From positions 511,709 through 575,708 of the forward strand of contig CBFDEM010000003.1 of the NCBI GenBank assembly GCA_965603825.1: a stretch of DNA of 64,000 bases. Direction: 5' to 3'. The notes beneath the pieces were generated by a model that was not told the origin of the DNA, did not search any database, and saw nothing but the letters and a program-made list of their open reading frames with translations. Positions 24,856-36,425 of this stretch are shown here, in pieces. How positions within the stretch are numbered: the first letter of the stretch is position 1; each line of letters starts with the position of its first letter. The position numbers and the translations under genes are program-made. Origin of the DNA: Blepharisma stoltei ATCC 30299 (lineage: Eukaryota; Protista; Ciliophora).

Positions 24856-25490
24856 TAAGCTTAATATTCTCTTTATGGTAATAACAGGGATATATGAGAA
24901 GATATGAAATTTTATTTTTATGGTATTTTTGGATAAATTAAGCTGTGCCTGGATTTGCACTGCATTTTGACGTTTTAAAATATTTATTTTATAAATTCTA
25001 TGCTAATTTTTTCGAGCATGCTATAAAAAGCAATTGATTATGAATAATTAATCTCTGAGCTCGAAGCCATCCATAGAAATTTTACGATAGAATCCTTGGT
25101 ATTTGTATATTTATAAAAAAGAAGAGTTTACTATTTATCTTTTTATATATTTTATGAATTCGTCAAAATAGACCTATATATCTGCATAGTAATTTCCATT
25201 TAAAGTATGCACATATTTATATGCTGATGCAAAGCTCAACTAGATACTATTTCACTTTTCATATGATCTCTATGGCAAAAATATTAAAGATTAAATCTAA
25301 TCCAGGGGTTCCAAACATTCTCTATCGTCTATAACTCAATCAGTTAAGTGTTTAGTAAATTTTGAGGTTTTTCATATCGAATTCTTCAATAAAACTTCAT
25401 TATATTCTTAAGCAAGTAAAGCCATCATTCATAGAATATAGAATTCCATAAATAACCCATATTAAAAATCAGTCTCTACATTTATTAAAT

Positions 25491-25841
25491 TTAAAGATTA
25501 AGGTGAGCAAATATTTTAGCATCTGTTTGCGCTGTTATTTTTTTGAATACTTGCAATCGATCAATTTTCTTTTGATGTATAAAAGTGCACCTTTCTCCAT
25601 ATTTGCAAAATCCATATGCAAAATTTTTGCATTCTTCTTTTTTGTAGTTTGGGCCTTTTGCTTTTAATTCTGTTTTGCCATGTGCAAAAGCACAGTTTTC
25701 TCCAAAAGTGCATTTGTTAAGTGGTCAATTCTTGCATATTTCTGTTTTATATTTCGGTTTTGGACTGCTCTGCTTGCAGGATTTAAAATTTTTCAAATGA
25801 TTTTCTAGTAAAGTTTCAATTATAAGGTCTTCTGCTGGCAT
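25491..25841 (-). CDS. Tandem CCCH zinc-finger protein, tristetraprolin/TIS11-like (116 aa; missing from ORF track)
   Basis: KYKTEICKN(TGA)PLNKCTFGENCAFAHG and NYKKEECKNFAYGFCKYGERCTFIH, then RLQVFKKIT; TAA at 25491. Confidence 0.9.
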
Positions 25842-26166
25842 TTTTTATAGAAAGTTTTATAAAGATTAATAGATATAATGGAAATTCTGCACGTTTTTGT
25901 AGAATATATAATATTTAAAGAAAAGCTCAGATTTTATAATATCTAATATTTATTTTACGAAAATTTGGCATGCCAATATCCTGTGTAGTCATTTGTGTGA
26001 TAATAATGCATGTGATAAATTAGCCTTTAAATATTTGCGTTTAAATGCAATCACATGCTAATTATTTGTATATTTATTGTAGATATAACTGACAATTTTT
26101 GCTAAAATATCTTATTTAAGCATTGAAAAGTGCTTAGCTAAGTATAAATAATTTTTGCCGAAATTA

Positions 26167-27000
26167 ATGGCAAAATCAGAGCCAAGCACTCTTGAAGCAC
26201 TTAGCGTGCTCCTAATTTTTGGAAATCCTTCCAATTATGACACAGAATTAATTCCTTCAATCTCCCAACCTCATCTTCAATTCAATTCTGTATCTGACAT
26301 TTTACTATACCCAATTATTTCTTACCTCAAAAGTCTCGGCTATGACCTCGACCATTCTATGCTCTGGTATCATTCTCCATCATCAGATTCCAAAATTTAC
26401 TGTGGAAATGATCCTTTGCCATTATTTTCCTCAATTCCACTATACGAGCTAGAAAACAATACCATCACTATCACATCTCGGCAAGCAATTCGTAACGTTT
26501 TTGGGACAATTTCCACTGTAGGATGCCAGTCAAATCCTAAATTAAAGCCACAAAAAGAAGCAATTACAAAAATTAACGCAGCTAGAAGGACAAAGGAACG
26601 AAAAATTGGTTTTATTATTGAAAAAGTGTCTAGCTGAAGAAAATTATATCAGGGAAATTTAGAAGATGAGGTCTCAGTAAAACTGGACCTTGATGAAGCT
26701 GCTGGCCAAGTAGGGGTTTCAAAAAAATCTCTGGACGATTATTTGTTGCAGATTAGGTTTGGGAGAAAATTCGGGTTTAATTTTCAAGAACATAAAGATG
26801 ATAAAGTAGGGGTTTTAAGAGCTTTTGTGAAAAAATGTAAACATTTGCAAATGTATGCTGCACAGATAGAAGCTGGGGAAGAACTTCCAAAAGAAATTGT
26901 GATGAAATTGCAAGAGCCAGGAACTCCAGCTTGTAAGCATAATAGGTGTTGTGCGCCTAAGTTTTCGCTAAAGTTTAAATGTGGAGAAGGGCAGTATTAA
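26167..27000 (+). CDS. Ciliate-type protein with HTH-like motif, putative DNA-binding (277 aa)
   Basis: Joins 26155 and 26743 ORFs via TGA. RTKERKIGFIIEKVSSWRKLY...LDEAAGQVGVSKKSLDDYLLQIRFGRKFGFNF has helix-turn-helix spacing. Confidence 0.75.
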
Positions 27001-27608
27001 ATAAATTTAAATGATCTTGATCCCTTTTAAATTATTATGATTTGAATATATTTTTATAAATTACAGCATTTTTATTTTTAAAATTCAATATTTTATAAAA
27101 ATATTTATAAAAATTTCAATCAAATATTTTGATAAAAAATGAAAATAAAGATACCAAACATTTGAGGAATAACGCTTATTCAGTCATTGATAATATTTAG
27201 AAATTGTTTTTAATATTCTTTTTAATATAGAGAAAATGCTCAAGCTAAAAGCTATAAGTTTCTCTGGCACTTTTTTGTAATTATTATTGAAAATTTGTAG
27301 AAGAATATATTCAGATTCCAAAAATGAGAAGCAAAATCTTTTTGATTTTAAAGAATAATTCTTCACAGCAAAATTTGAGACTTAAAAGTAAATCTCTATT
27401 ATATCAGAATATAAATAAATCCAAAGAATCTCAATATGAAACTCTTCCCACTTTATAAACATTTTCTTCGAAACGCATCTGTTTTTTATCTTTAAAACTG
27501 CCTAAAGTTTCTGTTTTAATCGTTAAGGCGGTTACCAAATCTGTTTTTTTCATGAAATTCAATTCCGACATAATAAAAGAGAATAAATATAAAATCAGAA
27601 TCATTATA

Positions 27609-27866
27609 ATGATAAAAGTACACCAAATGAGCTTAGCAATTGTGGTTGCTGAATTAATAGCTCTTGTCCTCAGTAATTTTGAGCCCTGGGATAGCAACTA
27701 CATTTACCTATATTGCTCACTTCTCGCAAGCGGCCACCTCTGGTGCTTAATAGGAAAGTTAAATAGTCTAAGAAATAGCACCAAATTTGACTCTGATTGG
27801 TGCATTGAAGTGCAGGGCCCAAGCGAAAACAAGAAAGTGGAGTGGTTTCCTCTCACCCCGGTATAA
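27609..27866 (+). CDS. Possible small membrane protein (85 aa)
   Basis: Locally higher GC, two hydrophobic stretches, TAA stop; no family recognised. Confidence 0.35.
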   Translation: MIKVHQMSLAIVVAELIALVLSNFEPWDSNYIYLYCSLLASGHLWCLIGKLNSLRNSTKFDSDWCIEVQGPSENKKVEWFPLTPV

Positions 27867-28448
27867 ATTTTGCTTAAATAAATATTGACCTCTTAATCCA
27901 TTAAATTAAAACAAACATGATGTATAAGGTAATTCATGAATAATTTGAGCAAAGGCAGTGAAGGAGAGGGTTTATCTTATAAGAAAAGTCAATAATGAAA
28001 CAGTTAGACAGCACTGAATGGCTTTAAGAAGAATAGGCTTATGCAAATAGAAAAAGGAGACTATTTTTTGGATAGAAACTGGGAGAATAAAATTAATTGT
28101 GTTTTATATCATTGGCTATTGAAAATGAGCTGATTTTTTGGAAGATTGAGCTTAAAAGGCTTATTTAAATATCCTTGAGCTCATTTGAATACTCATAGAA
28201 ACTATAATGATATGCAATTTTGGAATAAAATTTTGAGCACAGCTGGAAATTTAAAGTTAAAACTCTAATGAGTAATCATAAGAAGGAGCGCATAAAGCAA
28301 AAGCATATGATCTTATCATTGCATGCTATTTCATCTGAAGTTACTTTGGATTAAGGCTCAAATTAATCGAAAAATATAAATTCCTACGTATTTTACTAAT
28401 TTTTCGCTTTAATATATAATCAATTTCTGTATCATATACAACTGATTA

Positions 28449-29354
28449 TTAACTAATTCTTTGACTTATCCAATTCAGGACTTTCTCTATAATTTCTTCA
28501 ATTTCTGGCTCATTGCATACCTCATGCCTCATTTCTTCATAATAAACAAACTCTTTATCCTCCACAGCCGAATTTTCCACAAATTTTCTATTCACCTCAA
28601 TATTTACCTTTGTATCATTTCCTCCTTGGAAAATAATAAAAGGAACCCTCACATTTTTAAGCCTCGGCCGCAATTTATCAAAAGATTTCAGTAAAGCAGA
28701 TCCAGTCCTTGCCTTGGTTTTTCCTGTATAATATTCAGGGTTTTCTTGATACCACCCTTCATTATATGGGTTTCTCGACAATGATTTCAAATCTGGAGAC
28801 TTTGTAGGCATTCTTGGGCACAGACATCCCAAACATCTTGCAAGTTTAATTAAAAATGGACTAAATGAAGGACTTGCAGCTAATGCAGGGGCAAATAAAA
28901 CCATCCCTTTTATCATACTTTGCATTTCCAAGGCAATATTCATGCATATAGTCCCACCCATACTTTCTCCAAGTATAAAAATCGGGGTGTTTTTAGGGTA
29001 ATTCTCTATTGATTTTTCAATGTATTTGATCCCACAATTTATGTATTCGTCGATTGTATAGATAATTCCGAGTTTTCCTTGACTTTTCCCATGGCATTCT
29101 TGGTCAAATGCTAAAACTGCTATATTTAGCTCGTATAGCCGCTTAGCGAGGTATGAAAAAATTCCAGATGAAACGTGGATTCCGTGAAATAAAAAGACAA
29201 TAGCTTGAGGGGCTTCGAGGTGGAAGCGGTAAGTGTGAAGTTTATAGCCTCTGCTTGATTTTAGAGAGATTCAGTCTTCATCAGGGAAAAAAATCCCTGC
29301 GCATGGGATGTGACCTTGGTATTTAATTCATCATGTTTTGTCTTTTGAAGACAT
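28449..29354 (-). CDS. Monoglyceride lipase/lysophospholipase, alpha/beta hydrolase (301 aa)
   Basis: MSSKDKT(TGA)(TGA)IKYQGHIP aligns to paralog MSEWWRKYEGHVP; FHG, DQECHGKS, GESMGG, QGGND, MRHEV. Confidence 0.92.
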
Positions 29355-29771
29355 AGGAATTATTATTGAAACTAATAATTTAAATTATCCAAATTTTATA
29401 TCCCAAGAGAGTTATTTCTGAAACTGTTGATTTTGCTATTAATAAATATAATTAATTTCATTAAATGTCTAGAGATTTTATTTTTTATATGCAAAATAGT
29501 TTTTGCATTCAAAATGAGACCGAAAAAATGAAAGATAAAAATATCACAGATTTTAATTATCTTAAAATTCTTTTAAAATCAAGACAATCCAAAAAAAAGA
29601 AGAAAAAGAGTACCGCTGACAAAGTTTAAGCTCCAAACAGAAATCCCTCTGTAAGACAGTAAAATAAATTTGGCCATTCAAAAATTTAAAAAAATCATTA
29701 AACTACGCATGGGATAAAATAAATCAATTAAGCCTAATTTAAGATGGCTATTAAAAATGCAGTCTAAAATA

Positions 29772-30674
29772 TTAACTCTTCGATGGAGCTCTTTTATTAA
29801 TCCAATCTACTATTTTTTGAGTGATTTCAAAAATCTCTGGCTCGTGGCATATATCATGTCTCATTTCTTTATAATACACCAATTCCTTATCTTCCACCTT
29901 AGAATTTTTCACAAAATCTTTATTCAGTTGCTCACTTACCATAATATCATCTCCGCCCTGAAACAAAATAAAAGGAACTCTCACATTTCCTAGCTGAGGG
30001 CTTAATTCATCAAAAGCTCTTAATAGCGCTGCTCCAGTCCTCGCATTAAGTCTTCCATTATAATTTACTGGGTTTTCTCTCTGATACTGTTCCACATAAG
30101 GATTTCTTGACAGCATACTTATATCAGCAGGCTTTGTAGGAAGCCCAGGACAGCAGCAGGCCAAACATCTAATAATTTTCACTAACCATGGCTCTAAATC
30201 TGGATTAATTCCTAGCGCAGGTGCAAATAAAATCATCCCGGTGACTATATTTGGTATCTGCAAAGCAATGTTCACACAAATGGCGCCTCCCATGCTTTCC
30301 CCTATTATAAATACAGGCGTTCCTTCTGAGTAATGTTCCCTTGCTTTTGAAATATACTCGATTCCGCAATTAACGTACTCGTCCACACTTCTAATGTTTC
30401 CTCTTGGACCACCACTGTTTCCATGGCTTTCTTGGTCAAATGCTAAAACTGCGAAGTTATTTTGATATAAAATACTTGCGGTGTAAGCGAAATTGAATGA
30501 TGAAACGTGCATCCCATGAAAAAGAAATACAAGAGCTTGGGGGTTTGGGATGTGGTATCGGTAAGTATCTAACTTGCAGCCTTTGCTTGATTTTAAAAGG
30601 AGCCAGGACTCTTCAGGGTAGTCTATTCCAGCTCCGGGGACATGGCCTTCATACTTGCGCCACCACTCTGACAT
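29772..30674 (-). CDS. Monoglyceride lipase/lysophospholipase (300 aa)
   Basis: FHG, DQESHGNSGG, GESMGG nucleophile elbow, QGGDD, MRHDI. Confidence 0.93.
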   Translation of the reverse strand: MSEWWRKYEGHVPGAGIDYPEESWLLLKSSKGCKLDTYRYHIPNPQALVFLFHGMHVSSFNFAYTASILYQNNFAVLAFDQESHGNSGGPRGNIRSVDEYVNCGIEYISKAREHYSEGTPVFIIGESMGGAICVNIALQIPNIVTGMILFAPALGINPDLEPWLVKIIRCLACCCPGLPTKPADISMLSRNPYVEQYQRENPVNYNGRLNARTGAALLRAFDELSPQLGNVRVPFILFQGGDDIMVSEQLNKDFVKNSKVEDKELVYYKEMRHDICHEPEIFEITQKIVDWINKRAPSKS

Positions 30675-30845
30675 TTATTTTAATTTTAGACAAATAATGA
30701 AACTGTGAGAAATTGCATCAAATAATTTATATAAATTAATAAGCAACATATTAACAAAAATCTTTAATATATTGATTTATAATTATAACAAAATTCTGCG
30801 TATCATTAAATTTTCTATTTAATTTATCCTTATATTGATAATTAT

Positions 30846-33800
30846 TTAAACTTCGCCTTCATCAAATTTTCTCTGAGCCTTCAATTTCTGCGGCTTTGGG
30901 CAGAGTCTGCCTAATTTTTTGCACTCTATGCATTTATCAGGACTATACACATCTTCTCCATTATATTCAGCATGAAAGTTACATTCTGGCCTATGATAAT
31001 GATTTCCATGCACTAATGTTGGCGCTCTTATGCACGAACACCTAAAGCAAAATTCAATTCCACAATCAGGCTGGGTGCATTTTACATGATCGCAGGCGTT
31101 GTCCTTTAGATAAGGATAATGGCATCCTGGACATTCAGATACTGACTCTCCTTCTTTTTCTAAGTCTCTCAAGAGTTCTTTTCTTTCATTCTCATCACAG
31201 CTTCCTTCGTGCTGATCTTTCAGACATGCAGCACAAAATTTAGCTTTACATTGAGGACACCTTACCTTGTTTTGATCTATTTCAAATTCTGAATTGCACT
31301 TAGGGCATTCTGTGATTTTGTATTGCTTTTTTATTGAAATTTTATTATAATGGTCCCATTTTTCTGGACTCAAATTGGCAATCATAATACTTCCGTCTAC
31401 TATCTCTAGGCACTCTGGAATAGGGCATTTAATTCCATTTATTATTCTCCCAGAATCTATTTCGCTTTCTAAATATCCCACTAAGCAATTTTTGCAAAAA
31501 TAATGGTCGCAGGACAATGTAAGCATTTCTGCTCTTGAAAACTCTTCAATGCAAACCGCACAGCTTTTTTTAGATGGCAGAGGAGCAGGGTCTTCAAATT
31601 TCTTTAAAACTGAGATGTCAATCTCTTCTATCATTCTCCCACAAAAATAACAGACACTACCATTATCATTTACACATGAGTTAAAGCAGCCTTTACAAAT
31701 TGTGCAGGGACACAAGCTTGGATTTAAGTCTTCTTGATTAAAGCTTCCCTTACAAATGTCACAGTAAAATTTATGATGGGTAGAAATCAGTTCATACTCT
31801 CCTTTACTGAAATTTCTGTGACAGAAAATACAATTTTGTGGTAAATAGCTGAATGATTCACAATTGATACACAGTCAATGTGTCTTACACTTTACCAAGC
31901 TAAATTCTGTAATAACCTCTTGGCAATACCCACAAACAGGCTTCACAATCCCAACAATTTCTTCCATCCTAATTTCTTCTTCACAAATAGGACAAATTTT
32001 GGTTTGCGACACAATATTACTAATGCAGCTGTCACACATGCACTTGTGCTTATTCCTAAAATCTTCCTGCTTTTTCCTTCCTTCACAGTTAGGACATATG
32101 ATGATTCCTTGTCCCCTATCTATTTTGTGCTGATATTGTTTTTGCCTTTCTTCTCTCATCTTGTCATAGTCTTGCCAGGTATTTCCTAATACGGCTTTTA
32201 CTTCGTCTTGACTAATTTCTTGGGTACACATCAGGCATGTTATAGGTGAGGTTTTTTCGAATGGGTTTAGTAAGAACATCCCTGCTGTTTGCTGCTCTAG
32301 GCAGTCGATTATGTCCTCTTGGCAGTATAAGTGACCGCATTTTAGCATAATGCAAGCTTGTTTTTCTTGGCAGTAAAAGCAGATTTCTAATAGTCGACAA
32401 GCGAAATTATCGCTCTTAGCCAATTTTAATAGATTTTCTTCAGCTTTAGTCAAATCGCTTAAGGATGGGCTATAATTGCAGTTATCTAAGCTTGTAAATT
32501 CATTCCAAAAGCTAGAAATCCTCTGACCGAAATCTGGGAGAAGATCCGATCTATGCAACTTATTACTCACTGATAAATGATATAAATTTTCATATAAATA
32601 CTGGACATGATTCAGCAGTTTTGCTGTGTAGTCTTCTGGAGCTCCTCGGACTGCTTGTTGATCACTACGATTCTGTGATCCTTGAGGCAAAAATTGGCAT
32701 GTTTCTAAGTCATAGCAGTCGTCTTGAATTTGTTTATGGGTGTAAAGCAAATCATAATGCCCAGGCTTCAATAGTAAATACATATCAGAATTATTGCTTT
32801 CTTCAGGCTCAAAAGTATGAATGTCCAGTCCATCTCTTCTTAAGCAAATATGGTGGATCCTTATCTGAAGAGCTTCTGACATACAATTAAAGGCCACTCC
32901 TTCAGCTTCTTCTCCCATTTTCATCATTTTCATATACACAGACTGAGTAGTCCCGTATCCAATTTCATCAGAGATTAGAAATCCAGAAAGTTTTGTGCTT
33001 GTAGAATTATCAACTAAGTATAAAGAAGCAATTGCTCTCATTTCTCTGACAATAGTCTCATCATCGTTTATATCTTGAAAAATATTTTGAGCCTCTTTTA
33101 TAGCTGACCATACATTTGCCTTTTTGCAGCTATATAAATAATCTAGGAGCTTTAAAAATTCTTTTCTGCGACTAAACCCATTAATTTCTCTAAAAATTCC
33201 TTGTCTTTTCTCAAGCTTGCTTATAAACTTTTCAAACTGGCTTAAATTTGTAGTTGGTCTACACAAGTGCTCGATATAGCTGACTCCTACAGCGCGATAA
33301 TAGCAGTTCCCATCACCTCTTGACCTTCTGAATGCTGCATATTCTGTCCCCAATTTTTCAATACATTCTATTATTTTGCTGTTAAAAGCAAATTCACTCT
33401 TCAGATAATATATATTTATTCTTGATTTTCCTACAGTTTCTGGGTATTCTTCATCGCCACCTTCTATCTTTTGTATCTCTGGTTCTGCGTTTTTTTCTTC
33501 TTTAACTATTACGTTCCAAATTTTCCCATTTTCAGACTTGTATAGAGTGACTTGAGATCCGACTAAAGGTTTAACTTTATCGATTGTAAACAGATTTTTT
33601 GGGACTATTATGCAAACAGAAGAATTGTATGAGGCTTGAACATTCACTAAATAGTTCTCTATTCGGTCTTCAACGATAATTCCGTCAACTGTGGAGTATG
33701 CATTGTATAGCTCAGCTTTATGATATTTGTCATTGTAATGGTAAATCCTTATCACAGAGTTTATAGGGGCTTTACTAATTCACGATGACGGGAGTGCAAG

Positions 33801-33890
33801 GTGCATTTGGTCTTCTGGTATGTATACTAGCAATTTATTGTCCTTGACTATCTGAGCACGCCCAAATACTTCCCTTTTATTTAGTTCCAT
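30846..33890 (-). CDS. Otubain-type (OTU/peptidase C65) deubiquitinase fused to RING-like fingers and an RBR E3 ligase (1014 aa)
   Basis: One frame from ATG 33890 through two TGA to TAA 30846. RRSRGDGNCYYRA...LLLKPGHY (OTU Cys/His), several CxxC/CxH fingers, RING1 CAVC..CDHYFCKNC..CPIPEC, IBR CPKC..CPQC..FCAAC..H..C, RING2 CPGC..KDNACDHVKC..C..FCFRC. Confidence 0.9.
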
Positions 33891-34035
33891 TTTCAATATT
33901 TATAGAATATAAAGCATTTTTATAAGGTTTTTCTTAATATAATCTCAGAATTACTATTTGAAAGTCTTAATTATTTACAGAAAAATAAAAATTTATTTTA
34001 TTATCAATCATTTGGACAGTTTTTCAATACATTCA

Positions 34036-34701
34036 CTATTTCACATCCACAGAAATCTCATCTTCACTAATATTATTGCTGATATCTATCGGACTAGATG
34101 GGATTTCAGTGTTATCTAGCGCTCCACTAGCAGAGATTTTTGAATCAGTACTTTTTTGCTTGTTTTTAAAGAATTGGAACATTCAAAAAGCTACAAATGA
34201 TCCTGCCTCAATCAGAGTTCTGCAAACAATGAAGCAATATACAGCAATAAAGCCTAGTGATACTGGAGCACTGTCCTTGGAGAATTTGATATGCTCACTC
34301 ACATTGGAAATCATAATTGAGCCAAAAACTGCTAAGAAAATATAAGAGACCAACAAAAAGATTATTGAAATATTTTGAAATTTTTCCCAGTTGAGGTTTG
34401 CTGCTCTTTTTGATATTAGAGATTCAGCAAATACAAGGGTAAAATCAGCAAATAATATAATAGCTGAGGTGATTAAATATACTCTGGCATATGTTTGCTT
34501 TGTAAAGGACTTTGGATCGTAAAAAGCAACTACTAAGCACGTAATTGCAAGTAAAACTGTAAATAGCGGTAGCAGGATAGAGCTAAAAAAGTTCATTTCA
34601 CCTGAAACAATAGAGTCGTCGATGGGTTCTGTTCTGTACTTTTCTCTTCCAGTGCTGTGGTTGCCCAGTGTAAACGTTCATCCTTCTCTCGAATCGTCCA
34701 T
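34036..34701 (-). CDS. Four-TM membrane protein of unknown function (221 aa)
   Basis: MDDSREG(TGA)... to TAG 34036; four hydrophobic segments and an acidic tail. Confidence 0.75.
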
Positions 34702-34849
34702 TTATATAAAATTGCAGACACATTAGGTCATTCTTTGTTTATAAGAGTATTTAGAAATTTAAATATCTTTCTCTAGAAGCAGGGAGGCATTATTTAATCA
34801 TTAAATTAATTTGTCATATTTTTATAGCAGATATTTTATTAATGATATA

Positions 34850-36412
34850 CTACTCTTTCTTTGCCGCTTCAGCAGCCTTTTTTTGTTTCTTCCATGACTC
34901 AGCTGTCTTTAAGATTTTATCTTCAAGCTCTTCCCCTTTTATATCTATATCAATGTCTTTGAAATCTTCAAAAAAATCCGCTTCTTCTATGTCATCTTTC
35001 CAAAGATGAGAATCATCCTTAAATGGCCCTTTATTCGCTTTCTCTTCAAATATTTCATACAGATCCTCAAAATATTCGTCTTTTTTCTCTGGGAACATGA
35101 CCTCTTTAAAAGCCTCAGTATTTTTAAAGGTTTCAAGCTCCTCATTAAGCTCTTCATTCTTAAGATCCCAACTTTCCCAAACCTTTCTGGCTTTTTCATA
35201 AGTCTCGTCCTTTTCGAAATCTTCTTCAGAGTCCTCACCTTCTCTATGGTCTCCAAAAGACCCTTTGAGTACTTCTTCGTTGTGCTGCTTCATCAGTCCA
35301 AACATTTTTTTCATGTTTTCTATATCTTTTGCTCGAGTTTCACTAGGGGGTTCATGCGCAAATAAGTCTTCTGGGTCTTTTTGAGCATCTCTGTGGGAAA
35401 TTGCATCAAATCTTTCTAAATGGTCAATGTGAGAAGTATTGTAGAGGACATCGTATTTTTTCTTAATTTCTGCTTCTAAGCCAATTATGTCTTTTAATTT
35501 TTGATCCCAGGCGTTATAGGAGTGTATTTTATGTTTAGGACGGCCTAAGAATTCTCCAAAGTCATACTCAAAAAACCCTTGGTTTGTTTTTCTGCCTAAA
35601 CAGCCTGCTTCAACCATTTGTGCAAGCAGAGGACATGGTCGAAATTTATCATCCCCAGTCTCCTTATGAAAAATCCTCAGTCCTTCTAACAATACATCAA
35701 TCCCAATATAATCAGCATATTCCAGCGGCCCAATAAAATTAAAAAGTGACCTTCGCACTGCATTATCAATATCTTCTTTCCTCGCCACCCCTTCATGCAA
35801 AGCATAAGCAGCTTCATTTATAAGTAAATAAAGAGCCCTATTCGCAATAAACCCAGGGGTATCAAGACATATAGCAGGCTTAAAGCTCATTTCTATAGCA
35901 TAATCACACGCCTTTTGTACTACCGCTTCTGAGCTACCCGAATGCGCCACAATTTCACATGCATTATATTTGATCGGATACTGTGGAAAATGCATCCCAA
36001 GAATCCTATGTGGTGCCTTTGTATTTTTTGCTATTTTCCCTATTGAAATATGATTAGTCGTGCTTGCTATCACAGAATTTTCACTTGTGTATTTCTCAAT
36101 CTGTCTTATGACGTCGTTTTTAAGCACCAAGTCTTCATCAATGCTTTCTATTACAAAATTAGCATAGGATGTGTCTTCAAGATTCTGAGACCATGTGATT
36201 CTTTCTATTACTTCATAAGCGTATGAGGTGCTTATATCTACCAATTTATTTTTGTCATACAGCCATTTCTGAAAATATGCGTTGGAATATGCTAGTTTTT
36301 CTTCTGAAATATCGATTAGACGGACTAAAGCCTTTGAATTGCAGCTTGCAGCTAATGCAATAGCAGATCCATAGTGTCCTGCGCCTACTACTGCAAGGGA
36401 AAGTAAAGACAT
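34850..36412 (-). CDS. 3-hydroxybutyryl/3-hydroxyacyl-CoA dehydrogenase-like protein with long charged C-terminal extension (520 aa)
   Basis: VVGAGHYG Rossmann motif, FVIESIDE, GMHF, DTPGFIANR, GPLEYADYIGIDV, LGRKTNQGFFEY, then ~235 aa rich in E/K/D. Confidence 0.88.
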   Translation of the reverse strand: MSLLSLAVVGAGHYGSAIALAASCNSKALVRLIDISEEKLAYSNAYFQKWLYDKNKLVDISTSYAYEVIERITWSQNLEDTSYANFVIESIDEDLVLKNDVIRQIEKYTSENSVIASTTNHISIGKIAKNTKAPHRILGMHFPQYPIKYNACEIVAHSGSSEAVVQKACDYAIEMSFKPAICLDTPGFIANRALYLLINEAAYALHEGVARKEDIDNAVRRSLFNFIGPLEYADYIGIDVLLEGLRIFHKETGDDKFRPCPLLAQMVEAGCLGRKTNQGFFEYDFGEFLGRPKHKIHSYNAWDQKLKDIIGLEAEIKKKYDVLYNTSHIDHLERFDAISHRDAQKDPEDLFAHEPPSETRAKDIENMKKMFGLMKQHNEEVLKGSFGDHREGEDSEEDFEKDETYEKARKVWESWDLKNEELNEELETFKNTEAFKEVMFPEKKDEYFEDLYEIFEEKANKGPFKDDSHLWKDDIEEADFFEDFKDIDIDIKGEELEDKILKTAESWKKQKKAAEAAKKE

Positions 36413-36425
36413 TTTATAATTACAT

